From contig OZ244048.1 of NCBI GenBank assembly GCA_965215265.1, positions 3,744,001 to 3,808,000 on the forward strand: DNA of 64,000 nucleotides, written 5' to 3'. This DNA comes from Candidatus Poribacteria bacterium (GTDB lineage Bacteria; Poribacteria; WGA-4E; WGA-3G). The notes beneath the pieces are model-generated. The model did no database searches and had not been told where the DNA came from. It was given only the letters and a program-made list of their open reading frames with translations. This document shows, piece by piece, positions 1 through 8,344 of the stretch (the stretch's first letter is position 1; each line of letters begins with the position of its first letter). Position numbers and translations under genes: made by a program.

Positions 1-1
1 C

Positions 2-1075
2 GAAATTTCAAGCCGGCGGAAAAATAATTCTAAATACATACATGTCACCTATAAACGCAATATCCCGAATTTTGGCAGTTTTCAGTTCCAAAATAGATTT
101 GTCCGAGTGCAGGATGATATTCCGGATTACGCACATGCCTTGCCTGTTGGAGAATTGGAGCCGATTCACATTAATGACGAACTTGATTTTTACAATGCCC
201 GGTTGAATATAACAATTCTCCAATGCCTCTATACTGCAGTGCCCAACTTGACACTTGAAGCCAAATCCTCAGTTCTCATGCAAAAGCAGTTTGAACAGGA
301 CGAAGGCAGGGCACTTTTCACGGATGTTGAATACGACGCCCTATCAAAGAATTTTGAATCCGATGAACGCGTTGACTTTATGGTACCAATTGAACAGGTC
401 CGGATTTACGAAGGGAGACGTGTGTACCCGTTTTATCCAGATCATGGCATTCATGCACTTGATCCAACTGACACCGGTTTAATCTATGACGATGCGAATT
501 GGAAAAAACGCCGTTACCCTGAACGGAACATCCGTCATCAGTTAACTATTCTGAAGGCGAAATACGAGATTCCACTTGGAGAGCTCCCAATTGTTAACAA
601 AATCGTTGAAGATTTAACGGTAACCCCTATGGCTAAGTACGTCTGGGACCGCGCTTTTGACCGGAGTGCCGATGAAACCCCAAAAACACTGACACCAGAC
701 CTGTTCCTCCCAACCGACGATCAGCCGGTTGAATATTTACGATTCAATCGTCGAAGTCGAGAGGATATCCTCGGTGTCCGTCTTGATTATCAATTTACAC
801 AGAGATTAAATATACTTGGCGGCTTCCAATACCGGAAGTTTTCTAACCGGGATAAAAACTTCAAGAACTACCTACGAAGTTTCTCAACTAACATTAGCGT
901 TCCAAACCTATACCGCCCTGACGTTCGAACTCGTATTTTTGAAATCCAAGCCATCAACAAAGGCGAATGGGTCGGCTTCTATATAGTCGTCCTTGCAGGT
1001 TACCGTAGAACCACGAATCTGTTTCAAAATAAGACGAGTCATACAACGTTTGTTCGAGCAATGGTGGGTTTCTAA
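2..1075 (+). CDS. 5'-truncated hypothetical protein, probable outer-membrane beta-barrel C-terminus
   Basis: The frame of ORF 107..1075 stays open back to position 2 (EISSRRKNNSKYIHVTYKR...), so the gene starts before the window. It has amphipathic strands and a terminal Phe (TTFVRAMVGF). Confidence 0.6.
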   Translation, partial: EISSRRKNNSKYIHVTYKRNIPNFGSFQFQNRFVRVQDDIPDYAHALPVGELEPIHINDELDFYNARLNITILQCLYTAVPNLTLEAKSSVLMQKQFEQDEGRALFTDVEYDALSKNFESDERVDFMVPIEQVRIYEGRRVYPFYPDHGIHALDPTDTGLIYDDANWKKRRYPERNIRHQLTILKAKYEIPLGELPIVNKIVEDLTVTPMAKYVWDRAFDRSADETPKTLTPDLFLPTDDQPVEYLRFNRRSREDILGVRLDYQFTQRLNILGGFQYRKFSNRDKNFKNYLRSFSTNISVPNLYRPDVRTRIFEIQAINKGEWVGFYIVVLAGYRRTTNLFQNKTSHTTFVRAMVGF

Positions 1076-1400
1076 ATATTCAAGTGTGGCCCGGAGATAA
1101 CTGAGCGAGAGGTATAGCAACTCAGCGAGTTGACGACTATTAGACCGCCATGTTAGACTGGTGAACCCATTGCTTCGGGAGCATAGCACCGGCGTGACGA
1201 TCGCGTTGAGATCTAAAAATATACTGAACTCTCCAATAGGACTTCCTTCCCCTTTTATAATGCGTCTTGCACATTTTCCATCTGCTCTCACAAAAGTATT
1301 GGATAATCTCGTTATGACTTTTATAGATACCGTCCCGAATTTGCCCATCGCTATAGATGAACCAGAACACAGGCATCGCAAGGCAAAGGCGTTTGAAGGA

Positions 1401-1465
1401 AGTGGCAGGATACCTATCCTGCCACTCTCCTGAAAGGACAGAGAAAGAAAACCTATCCTGCCACA
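1401..1465. repeat. REP-like palindromic repeat, family A (copy 1)
   Basis: Perfect hairpin AGTGGCAGGATA-CC-TATCCTGCCACT followed by CTCCTGAAAGGA...ACCTATCCTGCCACA; related copies at 5485, 14019 and 18855. Confidence 0.8.
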
Positions 1466-1470
1466 TCAGC

Positions 1471-1608
1471 CGCTGATGGACTGAAATATACGAGAACACA
1501 AATCTCGTCGGAGCCTCCTTAGGTATAGCCTAAGGAATCTCTGATGAGATTTACACAGTAACTGACAAAACATAACCCTTGATAGGGCTGAAATAGACGA
1601 ATATACAA
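1471..1608. repeat. Dispersed repeat family B unit with long hairpin
   Basis: 1539-1601 aligns without gaps to 7246-7308 (about 48/63 identical by eye). Hairpin 1500-1552: AAATCTCGTCGGAG..TCCTTAGG-TATAG-CCTAAGGA..CTCTGATGAGATTT. Confidence 0.6.
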
Positions 1609-1612
1609 ACAC

Positions 1613-1642
1613 TTGACTTTTTTCAACGTATTCGGGTATAAT
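1613..1642 (+). promoter_or_regulatory. sigma70-type promoter, probably leaderless transcript
   Basis: TTGACT-N18-TATAAT; ATG lies 6 nt after the -10 box; no SD. Confidence 0.65.
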
Positions 1643-1648
1643 AACTTT

Positions 1649-2572
1649 ATGGCACAGGACTATGATAATATGGCAAAAGAGTTGTTGACGGAGCATGCCC
1701 ACGACATCTCACGGTTTATACTCGGGGTGGACAATGTTCAGGTGCTTGAAAACCTTGACACCGAACAACAGGTGGTTATCGGGCAGCGTGCGGATAGCAC
1801 CAAGCGTATCCGTATTGATAACGAAGAGGCTATCCTACACATAGAGTTACAGGTGCGAGATAGCACACCCAAACCGATGTGGGCGCGAAACGCAGCGTAT
1901 CACGGCTATCTGATTGGGGAATACCAGCTGCCGGTGTATTCGAATGTGCTGTACTTTCATCCGTCAGCGGGGCGAAGGGATGGGGGTGTGTATGAATATA
2001 GTATGTGTGGCTATGCCTATCGGTTGCGGTATAAGGTTATCCGTCTGATAGAAGTAGCAGGTGAATCTATTTTGGCGTTGGCTTTGCCTGGGCTGTTGCC
2101 GTTCACGCCGTTGATGAAACCGCCCGGGGGTTTGGACTCGGCGGCTTGGATTCAAAGATGTATAACCGCGACGACAGGTACGGATTTGGATGAGGGGGCG
2201 CAAGGGGATTTACTGTGTGCGCTGTCGGTTTTCGGGGGTGTTGTGCATGACGCGTCACTTTTCAAACGTCTGATACCGGAGGGACTAATGCGAGAATCGA
2301 AGTATTTCCAACTGTTACGCGATGAATTTATCGCACAAGGTATAGAACAAAGTATAGAACAAGGTATGGAACGAGGCATGGAACGAGGTGCGAAAGAGAC
2401 TACCATCAAAAATACATTGGCCGTGCTGAGCGCTAAGTTTTCACCAGATACTGTCAACGCCTTAGCTCCCGCCTTGCAACGCATTACCGATTTACAACAC
2501 CTTGAGCTGCTGCTGCTCACCGCCATTCAAGCGGAGAGCCTTGATACCTTCACGCAAAGTCTAAACCGATAG
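1649..2572 (+). CDS. Rpn family recombination-promoting nuclease/putative transposase (PD-(D/E)XK)
   Basis: YDNMAKELL start, RADS...LHIELQ catalytic motif, LLPFTPLM, and C-terminal EQGIEQ/ERGMERG repeats plus helical tail. Confidence 0.85.
   Translation: MAQDYDNMAKELLTEHAHDISRFILGVDNVQVLENLDTEQQVVIGQRADSTKRIRIDNEEAILHIELQVRDSTPKPMWARNAAYHGYLIGEYQLPVYSNVLYFHPSAGRRDGGVYEYSMCGYAYRLRYKVIRLIEVAGESILALALPGLLPFTPLMKPPGGLDSAAWIQRCITATTGTDLDEGAQGDLLCALSVFGGVVHDASLFKRLIPEGLMRESKYFQLLRDEFIAQGIEQSIEQGMERGMERGAKETTIKNTLAVLSAKFSPDTVNALAPALQRITDLQHLELLLLTAIQAESLDTFTQSLNR
2288..2572 (+). CDS. Putative intragenic small protein (RpnS-like antitoxin), in frame with the Rpn gene
   Basis: GGAGGG SD at 2278-2283 precedes an in-frame ATG (MRESKYFQ...), 94 aa. 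Confidence 0.5.
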   Translation: MRESKYFQLLRDEFIAQGIEQSIEQGMERGMERGAKETTIKNTLAVLSAKFSPDTVNALAPALQRITDLQHLELLLLTAIQAESLDTFTQSLNR

Positions 2573-2773
2573 GAACTTCACCTTGGTAAACACAAGGCAG
2601 ATATATGGCAAGGCTTAATAGCGAAATCATTATGCCAGCTTACCGCAAAACACGGGTTGAGGTCAATATCCTGCTGCCAATTATCAACGCGGCATCTGCA
2701 GCCGTCCGCGTGAATCCGTTCTTTTCAGGCAAATCCTGATGCTGACACGCTATAAAAAATGGGGGTAAGTAAG

Positions 2774-2947
2774 GGTAACTTTTTTGTTGAAGAGCGAGCT
2801 CGCTTCTGTTATGATAGTCGCAAACGGGTAAATTTCTTAGGAGATAAGCATGAAAATCTATCGTATTGCGATTATTGGCTTAGGCGGTATGGGAATGGAA
2901 CATGCCAGGGCAGTAGAATTGGACGCAGACTGTGAATTGGTTGCCGG
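2774..2947 (+). repeat. 174-bp direct repeat copy 1 (promoter, RBS and 5' end of Gfo/Idh/MocA gene)
   Basis: Matches 5887-6060 with 2 mismatches (offset 3113). Confidence 0.95.
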
Positions 2948-2966
2948 AAAGGGAGCCATTGCATGA
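2850..2966 (+). pseudogene. Truncated duplicate of Gfo/Idh/MocA oxidoreductase N-terminus (38 aa)
   Basis: MKIYRIAIIGLGGMGMEHARAVELDADCELVAG is identical to the 5963 gene, then KGAIA-stop. Confidence 0.85.
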
Positions 2967-3001
2967 TTTTTCGCTCATTCTAAGTAAGGAGGAGATTCGT
3001 T

Positions 3002-3640
3002 ATGTTTTTTAGGTTGAAGTGGCTTTGGATCTGTGCATTGTTTTGTGTTTGTGCGTTGATATTCTTAGGGGTTTTGCTTCACCCCTCAAATAGATCTCCA
3101 AAAGTGATAAAGGTGTATAAAGCAACGGTTGCTCCCCCGGTTGCTGTGCCGAAGTCCCCAGATGTTTCTTCTATGCAGGCGGAGTCTGTAGATGAGGCTG
3201 AACCTATGCCCGTGATGAGAGACTCGGGTGAGTGGGTAGATTTTACGGATGTAGATACGACAGCGGTGCAGCCCGCCGAGGTAGTGGTGCATTCCGATGA
3301 AAGCCCCGAGGGGGCTGTTACTGAAGTTGAAAGCGATCTAGTCGTAGGAGAGGAACGTTTTTTCGGTTTGACAGTTTCAGAGATTGAGGCGATGCTTCCT
3401 GTGCTTGAGTCAGAAATCCGCACGAATCTGACCCAAGCAGTGGGGCTCTATGCAGACCTGAGAGAAACGGATGGATTGGCGAGGACATCGCCTGAGATAG
3501 CCGCGTGGCGCGACGAGACGTGGAAAGAGATAAAGCAGCTCTTCTACGAAGCATCTCGTGAAAAAATACCGCGTTATGTCTCCTATTTGCTGGCGACAGG
3601 CGGAGAGAATCCGCTACGCGCGGGGGGGATGGCTTTCTGA
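3002..3640 (+). CDS. Membrane-anchored hypothetical protein (possibly frameshifted at a G7 tract near the 3' end)
   Basis: SD TAAGGAGG, N-terminal TM helix, acidic linker, helical C-terminus; G7 at 3622-3628. Confidence 0.7.
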   Translation: MFFRLKWLWICALFCVCALIFLGVLLHPSNRSPKVIKVYKATVAPPVAVPKSPDVSSMQAESVDEAEPMPVMRDSGEWVDFTDVDTTAVQPAEVVVHSDESPEGAVTEVESDLVVGEERFFGLTVSEIEAMLPVLESEIRTNLTQAVGLYADLRETDGLARTSPEIAAWRDETWKEIKQLFYEASREKIPRYVSYLLATGGENPLRAGGMAF

Positions 3641-3927
3641 ATTGATGGAACCGCTACCGATGCGAGTTACCTATGGCGGAACATCCCGATAAACTCCCTG
3701 AAAGGAGGTGATGCGCGGAACAACAAATTTATCGCTGGCAGTGTAGCATTGGGGTTGCAATTGCCGCTGATACAACAGCCGAAAGGTTGATTTATAACCA
3801 ATTGAAGACTACTTTTGTTGAAAAAGCATCGATTTTTTCAATATTGAAGATCGTACTGGAACCTAGTGCCACCGGCCCAGTTCATTAGGTATAAGGCGGC
3901 ACTTTATGTAAATACGAGAACTGTCTA

Positions 3928-4869
3928 ATGTTCCTCGCTGGCCGAAGAAATATTCATTTATTAATTTTGTTCTGGGTGAGCACCGTTTTTCTGCTAACTT
4001 TCTCATCTGTTGCCTTTTCACAAGACTATGCAATAGATTTAGAAATGATTTTAGCCGGTATCAAACATTATGATTCCCTCGTCAAAACTGGCGAAGGAGT
4101 AGTCCTTTACAAACGGGTGCAAATGCCAGGACTTACTGATGATGGACACCGCAAAGTCGTCGAGTACTATCTCACTTTTACACAACATCAAACCCGGCTG
4201 GATATTCCGGAATACCACGTTGGCAAAGTTCATAACCCTAAACTCACTGTCATTCAAACGAAAAGTGAGGGAGAATTGCACGTGCCCGACAGCAATGCAC
4301 GCCGGAATCGCTTTGCTTATTTTAGTGCCCCTACAAAAAATTTTTTTGATTGGCACCCCAAAAGGATAATGACAGATTGGGAGGAAGGGAGTCTTTATCA
4401 GCATTTAAAGGAAAAAAAGTTTGAGATTAAGCAGAAGGAAAAACTTAACCGGGGTACTTGTTATGTGCTAGAAAATATGGAAGGTGAGAAAATTTGGATT
4501 TCTCCCGAACAAGGATTCAATTTTTTGAAATACGAATATAGATTTGCCCTCAAAACAACTCTTCCAAGTCGTGGTCTGAACCGGGGAACCCCGCTTGTCG
4601 AACGCAGGCGTGCCTTTTACCAAAAATATGAAGATGTCTGGTTTCCGAAACAGACTTTCATTGAAAGTTATTTTATTGACAAAAATGGACAAGAACAACT
4701 TCTCACAAAAACGGAGATTGAGACGAAAAATTTTCGGGTGAATCACGACATTCCGGAATCAACATTTGGCGTTGAAGTTCCGGATACTGTCCCAATTTGG
4801 GTGGATGATTTACGAAAGAATTTATCCAAAAAGGAATTCTTAGATGTTTTTTTGATCTGGAGTGGGTGA
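3928..4869 (+). CDS. Secreted hypothetical protein, LolA-like/lipoprotein-sorting-like fold suspected
   Basis: Signal peptide (..SVAFS-Q); CYVLE..KIWISPEQGF..WFPK..VNHDIPESTF pattern typical of LolA-like proteins. Confidence 0.65.
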   Translation: MFLAGRRNIHLLILFWVSTVFLLTFSSVAFSQDYAIDLEMILAGIKHYDSLVKTGEGVVLYKRVQMPGLTDDGHRKVVEYYLTFTQHQTRLDIPEYHVGKVHNPKLTVIQTKSEGELHVPDSNARRNRFAYFSAPTKNFFDWHPKRIMTDWEEGSLYQHLKEKKFEIKQKEKLNRGTCYVLENMEGEKIWISPEQGFNFLKYEYRFALKTTLPSRGLNRGTPLVERRRAFYQKYEDVWFPKQTFIESYFIDKNGQEQLLTKTEIETKNFRVNHDIPESTFGVEVPDTVPIWVDDLRKNLSKKEFLDVFLIWSG

Positions 4870-5049
4870 AGTAGCCCGACATCGTAATGAAAGGAGCCTT
4901 CCATGATGATTTACAAAGTTATTGTCCCCCTTGTGTTGCCCGGCAATATAGAGAAAGCGGTGGAGAAATAGATAATCTTATAGGCACCCAAGCGATAGGT
5001 TACAGGCAATGTAGTGTGCGCTGATGTAGAATCTTAAGGTAGCAGGCCC

Positions 5050-5157
5050 CCGATTTGGATTTCGCCTGATCTCGGTTTTCGCTATTTGAAATATGATAAA
5101 GAATCTTTTCCATCGCCCATTGGAGGTTTTAGAGGTGGTTCTCTTGTGCACCTATGA
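5050..5157 (+). pseudogene. Fragment of a paralog of the 3928..4869 gene
   Basis: PIWISPDLGFRYLKYDKE...GFRGGSLV matches KIWISPEQGFNFLKYEYR...GLNRGTPLV. Confidence 0.6.
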
Positions 5158-5204
5158 GAAGGTTGCGGTGCGGGAAAAGACGATTCCGCCCGGTGGACAA
5201 ACCC

Positions 5205-5474
5205 AATAAAGCAACCTCGAAAAAGCTCATCCACCGCTTAGAAAAGTGGAAGATGAAGTGCTATTACACCGATGATTGACAGGGCTACGCCTCGGTGATC
5301 CCGGAAGAAAAGTGGGTTCAGCGCAAAGCAGAGACACGTGGAATTGAACGAAACACTTGTCGCATGCGGCATCGGTTCGGACGGTTTAAGCGAAATTCGA
5401 TTATCGGCTCCAAAAGTATTGAAATGGTAAACTTAACAGTTGGCTTATTCGCGAGATTTCGTGTCAAACGATAA
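5205..5474 (+). mobile_element. IS1-family transposase (InsB-like DDE) remnant
   Basis: Translates as ...KCYYTDD*QGYASVIPEEK...KAETRGIERNTCRMRHRFGRFKR...SKSIEM. It has the IS1 TDxW / IERxN / RHxxxR / SKS motifs, an in-frame TGA at 5277 and no N-terminus. Confidence 0.8.
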
Positions 5475-5484
5475 TCACCATCGT

Positions 5485-5546
5485 CCCAGTGGGTGGCGAG
5501 TAAAAGGTAATCTTGCCATGAGACAAAGAATACCTATCTCGCCACT
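5485..5546. repeat. REP-like repeat family A (copy 2)
   Basis: CCCAGTGGGTGGCGAGTAAAAGGTAATCTT..AGACAAAGAATACCTATCTCGCCACT. Confidence 0.8.
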
Positions 5547-5886
5547 CGCATCTCACGCGTCGCATTCTTTTTTGCTTTCTTCGCGGCTTTCCATTAACGG
5601 CATCGCCGGTGTCTATCCCGGCCACTTTAATTTGGGGGATATCGAGCAGGAGGAATTCATCCGCAAATCCTTAAAAGCGGTTTATTCGGATGGACGCAAT
5701 AAGATGGGACACTTATGAGTAGCAGCATCTATCTCTATACGCTAAGCGCGGGTGATTTTTCGGGACGGGAAGGGAAGTTCTCTCCGCAAGCGGGGAGGAA
5801 TCTCCTTCCCGAAAAATGCTCATCCGGAAATAAATTCAATCTCCCAGCACATAGCTCCTTCTTTTAACATTCAGCGAAGATAAAGT

Positions 5887-6060
5887 GGTAACTTTTTTGT
5901 TGAAGAGCGAGCTCGCTTCTGTTATGATAGTCGCAAACGGGCAAATTTCTTAGGAGATAAGCATGAAAATCTATCGTATTGCGATTATTGGCTTAGGTGG
6001 TATGGGAATGGAACATGCCAGGGCAGTAGAATTGGACGCAGACTGTGAATTGGTTGCCGG
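5887..6060 (+). repeat. 174-bp direct repeat copy 2
   Basis: See 2774-2947. Confidence 0.95.
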
Positions 6061-7084
6061 TGCAGAAATTAACCCCGAGCGTGCGGCAGCATGGGGCAAC
6101 CGATTCGGCGTTGAAGCCATCTATGACGACTATGAAAAGATGTTGGATGAACAACAGCCTGACATTGTTATTGTCCCGACGCAGGCACCGATGCACTACC
6201 GGCCAACGATTGCCGCGGCAAAGCGCGGCATCCACGTCTTCTGTGAAAAGCCGATCGCCCTCAACCTGATTCAAGCCGACGACATGGTTGAAACCTGTGA
6301 CAGGCACAACGTCAAATTTGCGATTAACCACATCAAACGTGCCAGCCCGTACAATCGGCACGTCCTTTCGTTAATAGACAAAGGGGACATCGGTGAGGTC
6401 GTGCTACTGAAAGCGACTGATAAAGGTGGACGTAAGGCAGGTAACTCGCTGATGGAGATGGGCACGCATCTTTACGATTGGCTCCGTCTTTTCGGTGGTG
6501 ATGTGGAGTGGGTGCATGCGCATCTGGTTCAGTTGGATGGAGGCGAGTCAACCGTTGATGACATTAAGCATACACAAGAGGTTCACTCGTACGACCGCGA
6601 TGCGGGACTAGTACTTGGAGAACGGGGGCACGCTGCCTTCCGCTTCAAAAACGGCATCCACGCCGATGTGCAGTTCCTTGCACAGCCGCAGACTAACGAT
6701 AACGGCTACGGCATTGATATTATCGGCACCGAAGGACGTATCGCTGTGCGAGAAAGCGTCGGCACTACTATGTTTATCCATAAGGGCCAACATAAGACTC
6801 CGGCAGACGTGTGGGAACAGGTCCATCTCCGAGAGGAAGAACTTGACGAGCAAGGAAATCCACGGGATAAAGGCTCTGTGCGATTGCTATTGCAACGTCT
6901 TATGCTACGCGATCTTATTGAGGCGATTCAGATTGACCGGGAGGCGTTCGCAAGCGGAAGGGATGGACGGGATTGCCTAGAGATGATTCATGCGACGTGG
7001 GAATCTCATCGGCAGAGAGCGCGCGTATATCTACCGCTAACCCCGCGTGAACACCCGCTTGAACGGTGGCAGAAAGAAATTTAA
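5963..7084 (+). CDS. Gfo/Idh/MocA family oxidoreductase
   Basis: GLGGMG Rossmann motif, HVFCEKP, EMGTHLYD, GTEG. Confidence 0.95.
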   Translation: MKIYRIAIIGLGGMGMEHARAVELDADCELVAGAEINPERAAAWGNRFGVEAIYDDYEKMLDEQQPDIVIVPTQAPMHYRPTIAAAKRGIHVFCEKPIALNLIQADDMVETCDRHNVKFAINHIKRASPYNRHVLSLIDKGDIGEVVLLKATDKGGRKAGNSLMEMGTHLYDWLRLFGGDVEWVHAHLVQLDGGESTVDDIKHTQEVHSYDRDAGLVLGERGHAAFRFKNGIHADVQFLAQPQTNDNGYGIDIIGTEGRIAVRESVGTTMFIHKGQHKTPADVWEQVHLREEELDEQGNPRDKGSVRLLLQRLMLRDLIEAIQIDREAFASGRDGRDCLEMIHATWESHRQRARVYLPLTPREHPLERWQKEI

Positions 7085-7194
7085 TCACAACATGTTAAGT
7101 AAAGATAGAGAACGAAGTTGGAGGGCAATCCTAACGAAGGTACTTGGCTATTCTCCCGTACACCATGTCCAGACTTTAAACTCTGAACATTCTT

Positions 7195-7420
7195 AAGTCT
7201 GAATTGGAGAAAGAGGGTTTAATTTAGAGTCAATACATCAGAACCCTCCGACGAGATTTTCACAGTCATTGACAATACATCAGGCGTTATCGGGCTTAAA
7301 TATACAAAAGTCTGAATTGGAGAAGGAGGGTTTAATTTAGAGTCAATACATCAGAACCCTCCGACGAGATTTTCACAGTCATTGACAATACATCAGGCGT
7401 TATCGAGCTTAAATATACAA
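7195..7420 (+). repeat. 113-bp tandem duplication (2 copies, 2 mismatches) containing family B units
   Basis: 7195-7307 vs 7308-7420; a third degenerate B unit lies at about 7424-7490. Confidence 0.9.
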
Positions 7421-7570
7421 AAAGACGAGATTTACACAGGAGTTATGATTACCTAGACGTTGATGGTACGGAGATATACGAAAACCTCAAAACCCGCCAC
7501 TTCGGCGGCACATAATAGAATGAGTTACGAATTTTGGTGTCTTGTATCGGATCACTACTAGGAGGAATTT

Positions 7571-8251
7571 ATGCAACGTTTGGATATTCTACATACATCA
7601 ATTAACGAGTATCTACTTGACATTATTCCGAAACGCGACGAAGTCCTGACAGAAATGGAGGCTCGTGCCCGGGAGCACCGCTTCCCGATTGTCGGTCCTC
7701 TCGTAGGACGTGTGTTGCATCAATTGGTGCTGCTTACGAATCCTACACGGATTTTTGAGATGGGCTCAGGGTTTGGGTATTCGGCGTATTGGATGGCAAA
7801 GGCCTTGCGGCATCCGGAAGCATGTATCATCTGTACTGACGGTTCGCAAGAGAACGCAGACCGAGCGGCCGGTTATTTCGCACGCGGTGGTATCGCCGAA
7901 TGCATCGATTACCGTGTCGGGAATGCCCTAGAAATCATTGATGAGACCGAAGGTGAATTTGACATCATCTACAATGACATAGACAAAGATGGGTACCCTG
8001 AAGCGTTTCGCAAAGCCATTCCACGTCTCCGGAGCGGTGGGCTCTTTATCACCGATAATATGCTATGGGGCGGGCGCGTCATCGCCCCGGACTTCGAGCT
8101 TAGCACACAAAGTGGTGATGAACGAGAACAGTGGCTGAACAAAGCAACCGCTGGAGTCAAAGAAGTGACGCAGCTGCTATACAACTCATCGGATGTGTTC
8201 ACCACGATAATCCCGCTTCGCGATGGCGTTTCAGTCTCCGTAAAACGGTAG
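7571..8251 (+). CDS. O-methyltransferase (class I SAM-dependent, YrrM/CCoAOMT-like)
   Basis: EMGSGFGYS, FDIIYNDIDK, GGLFITDNMLWGG, IPLRDG. Confidence 0.92.
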   Translation: MQRLDILHTSINEYLLDIIPKRDEVLTEMEARAREHRFPIVGPLVGRVLHQLVLLTNPTRIFEMGSGFGYSAYWMAKALRHPEACIICTDGSQENADRAAGYFARGGIAECIDYRVGNALEIIDETEGEFDIIYNDIDKDGYPEAFRKAIPRLRSGGLFITDNMLWGGRVIAPDFELSTQSGDEREQWLNKATAGVKEVTQLLYNSSDVFTTIIPLRDGVSVSVKR

Positions 8252-8344
8252 AAGAATTCTCGGTTCAGGACGGTTTTTGAAGGAATAATCGATTTTATGT
8301 TACACTTCCGGATTGATACGCAATTTCAAAAACGGGGGCTGTGG

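Noticed and set aside
908-1499. ORFs 908..1381, 1140..1499 and 1161..1433
   Set aside because: They overlap a real gene or repeat sequence and have no recognisable family; at most a decayed fragment.
5277-5279. In-frame TGA as selenocysteine or recoded Trp
   Set aside because: It lies in a truncated IS1 remnant; TGA serves as a normal stop in many intact genes here.
7195-7490. Possible CRISPR array
   Set aside because: Whole 113-bp units are duplicated; there is no constant repeat with unique spacers and no cas genes.
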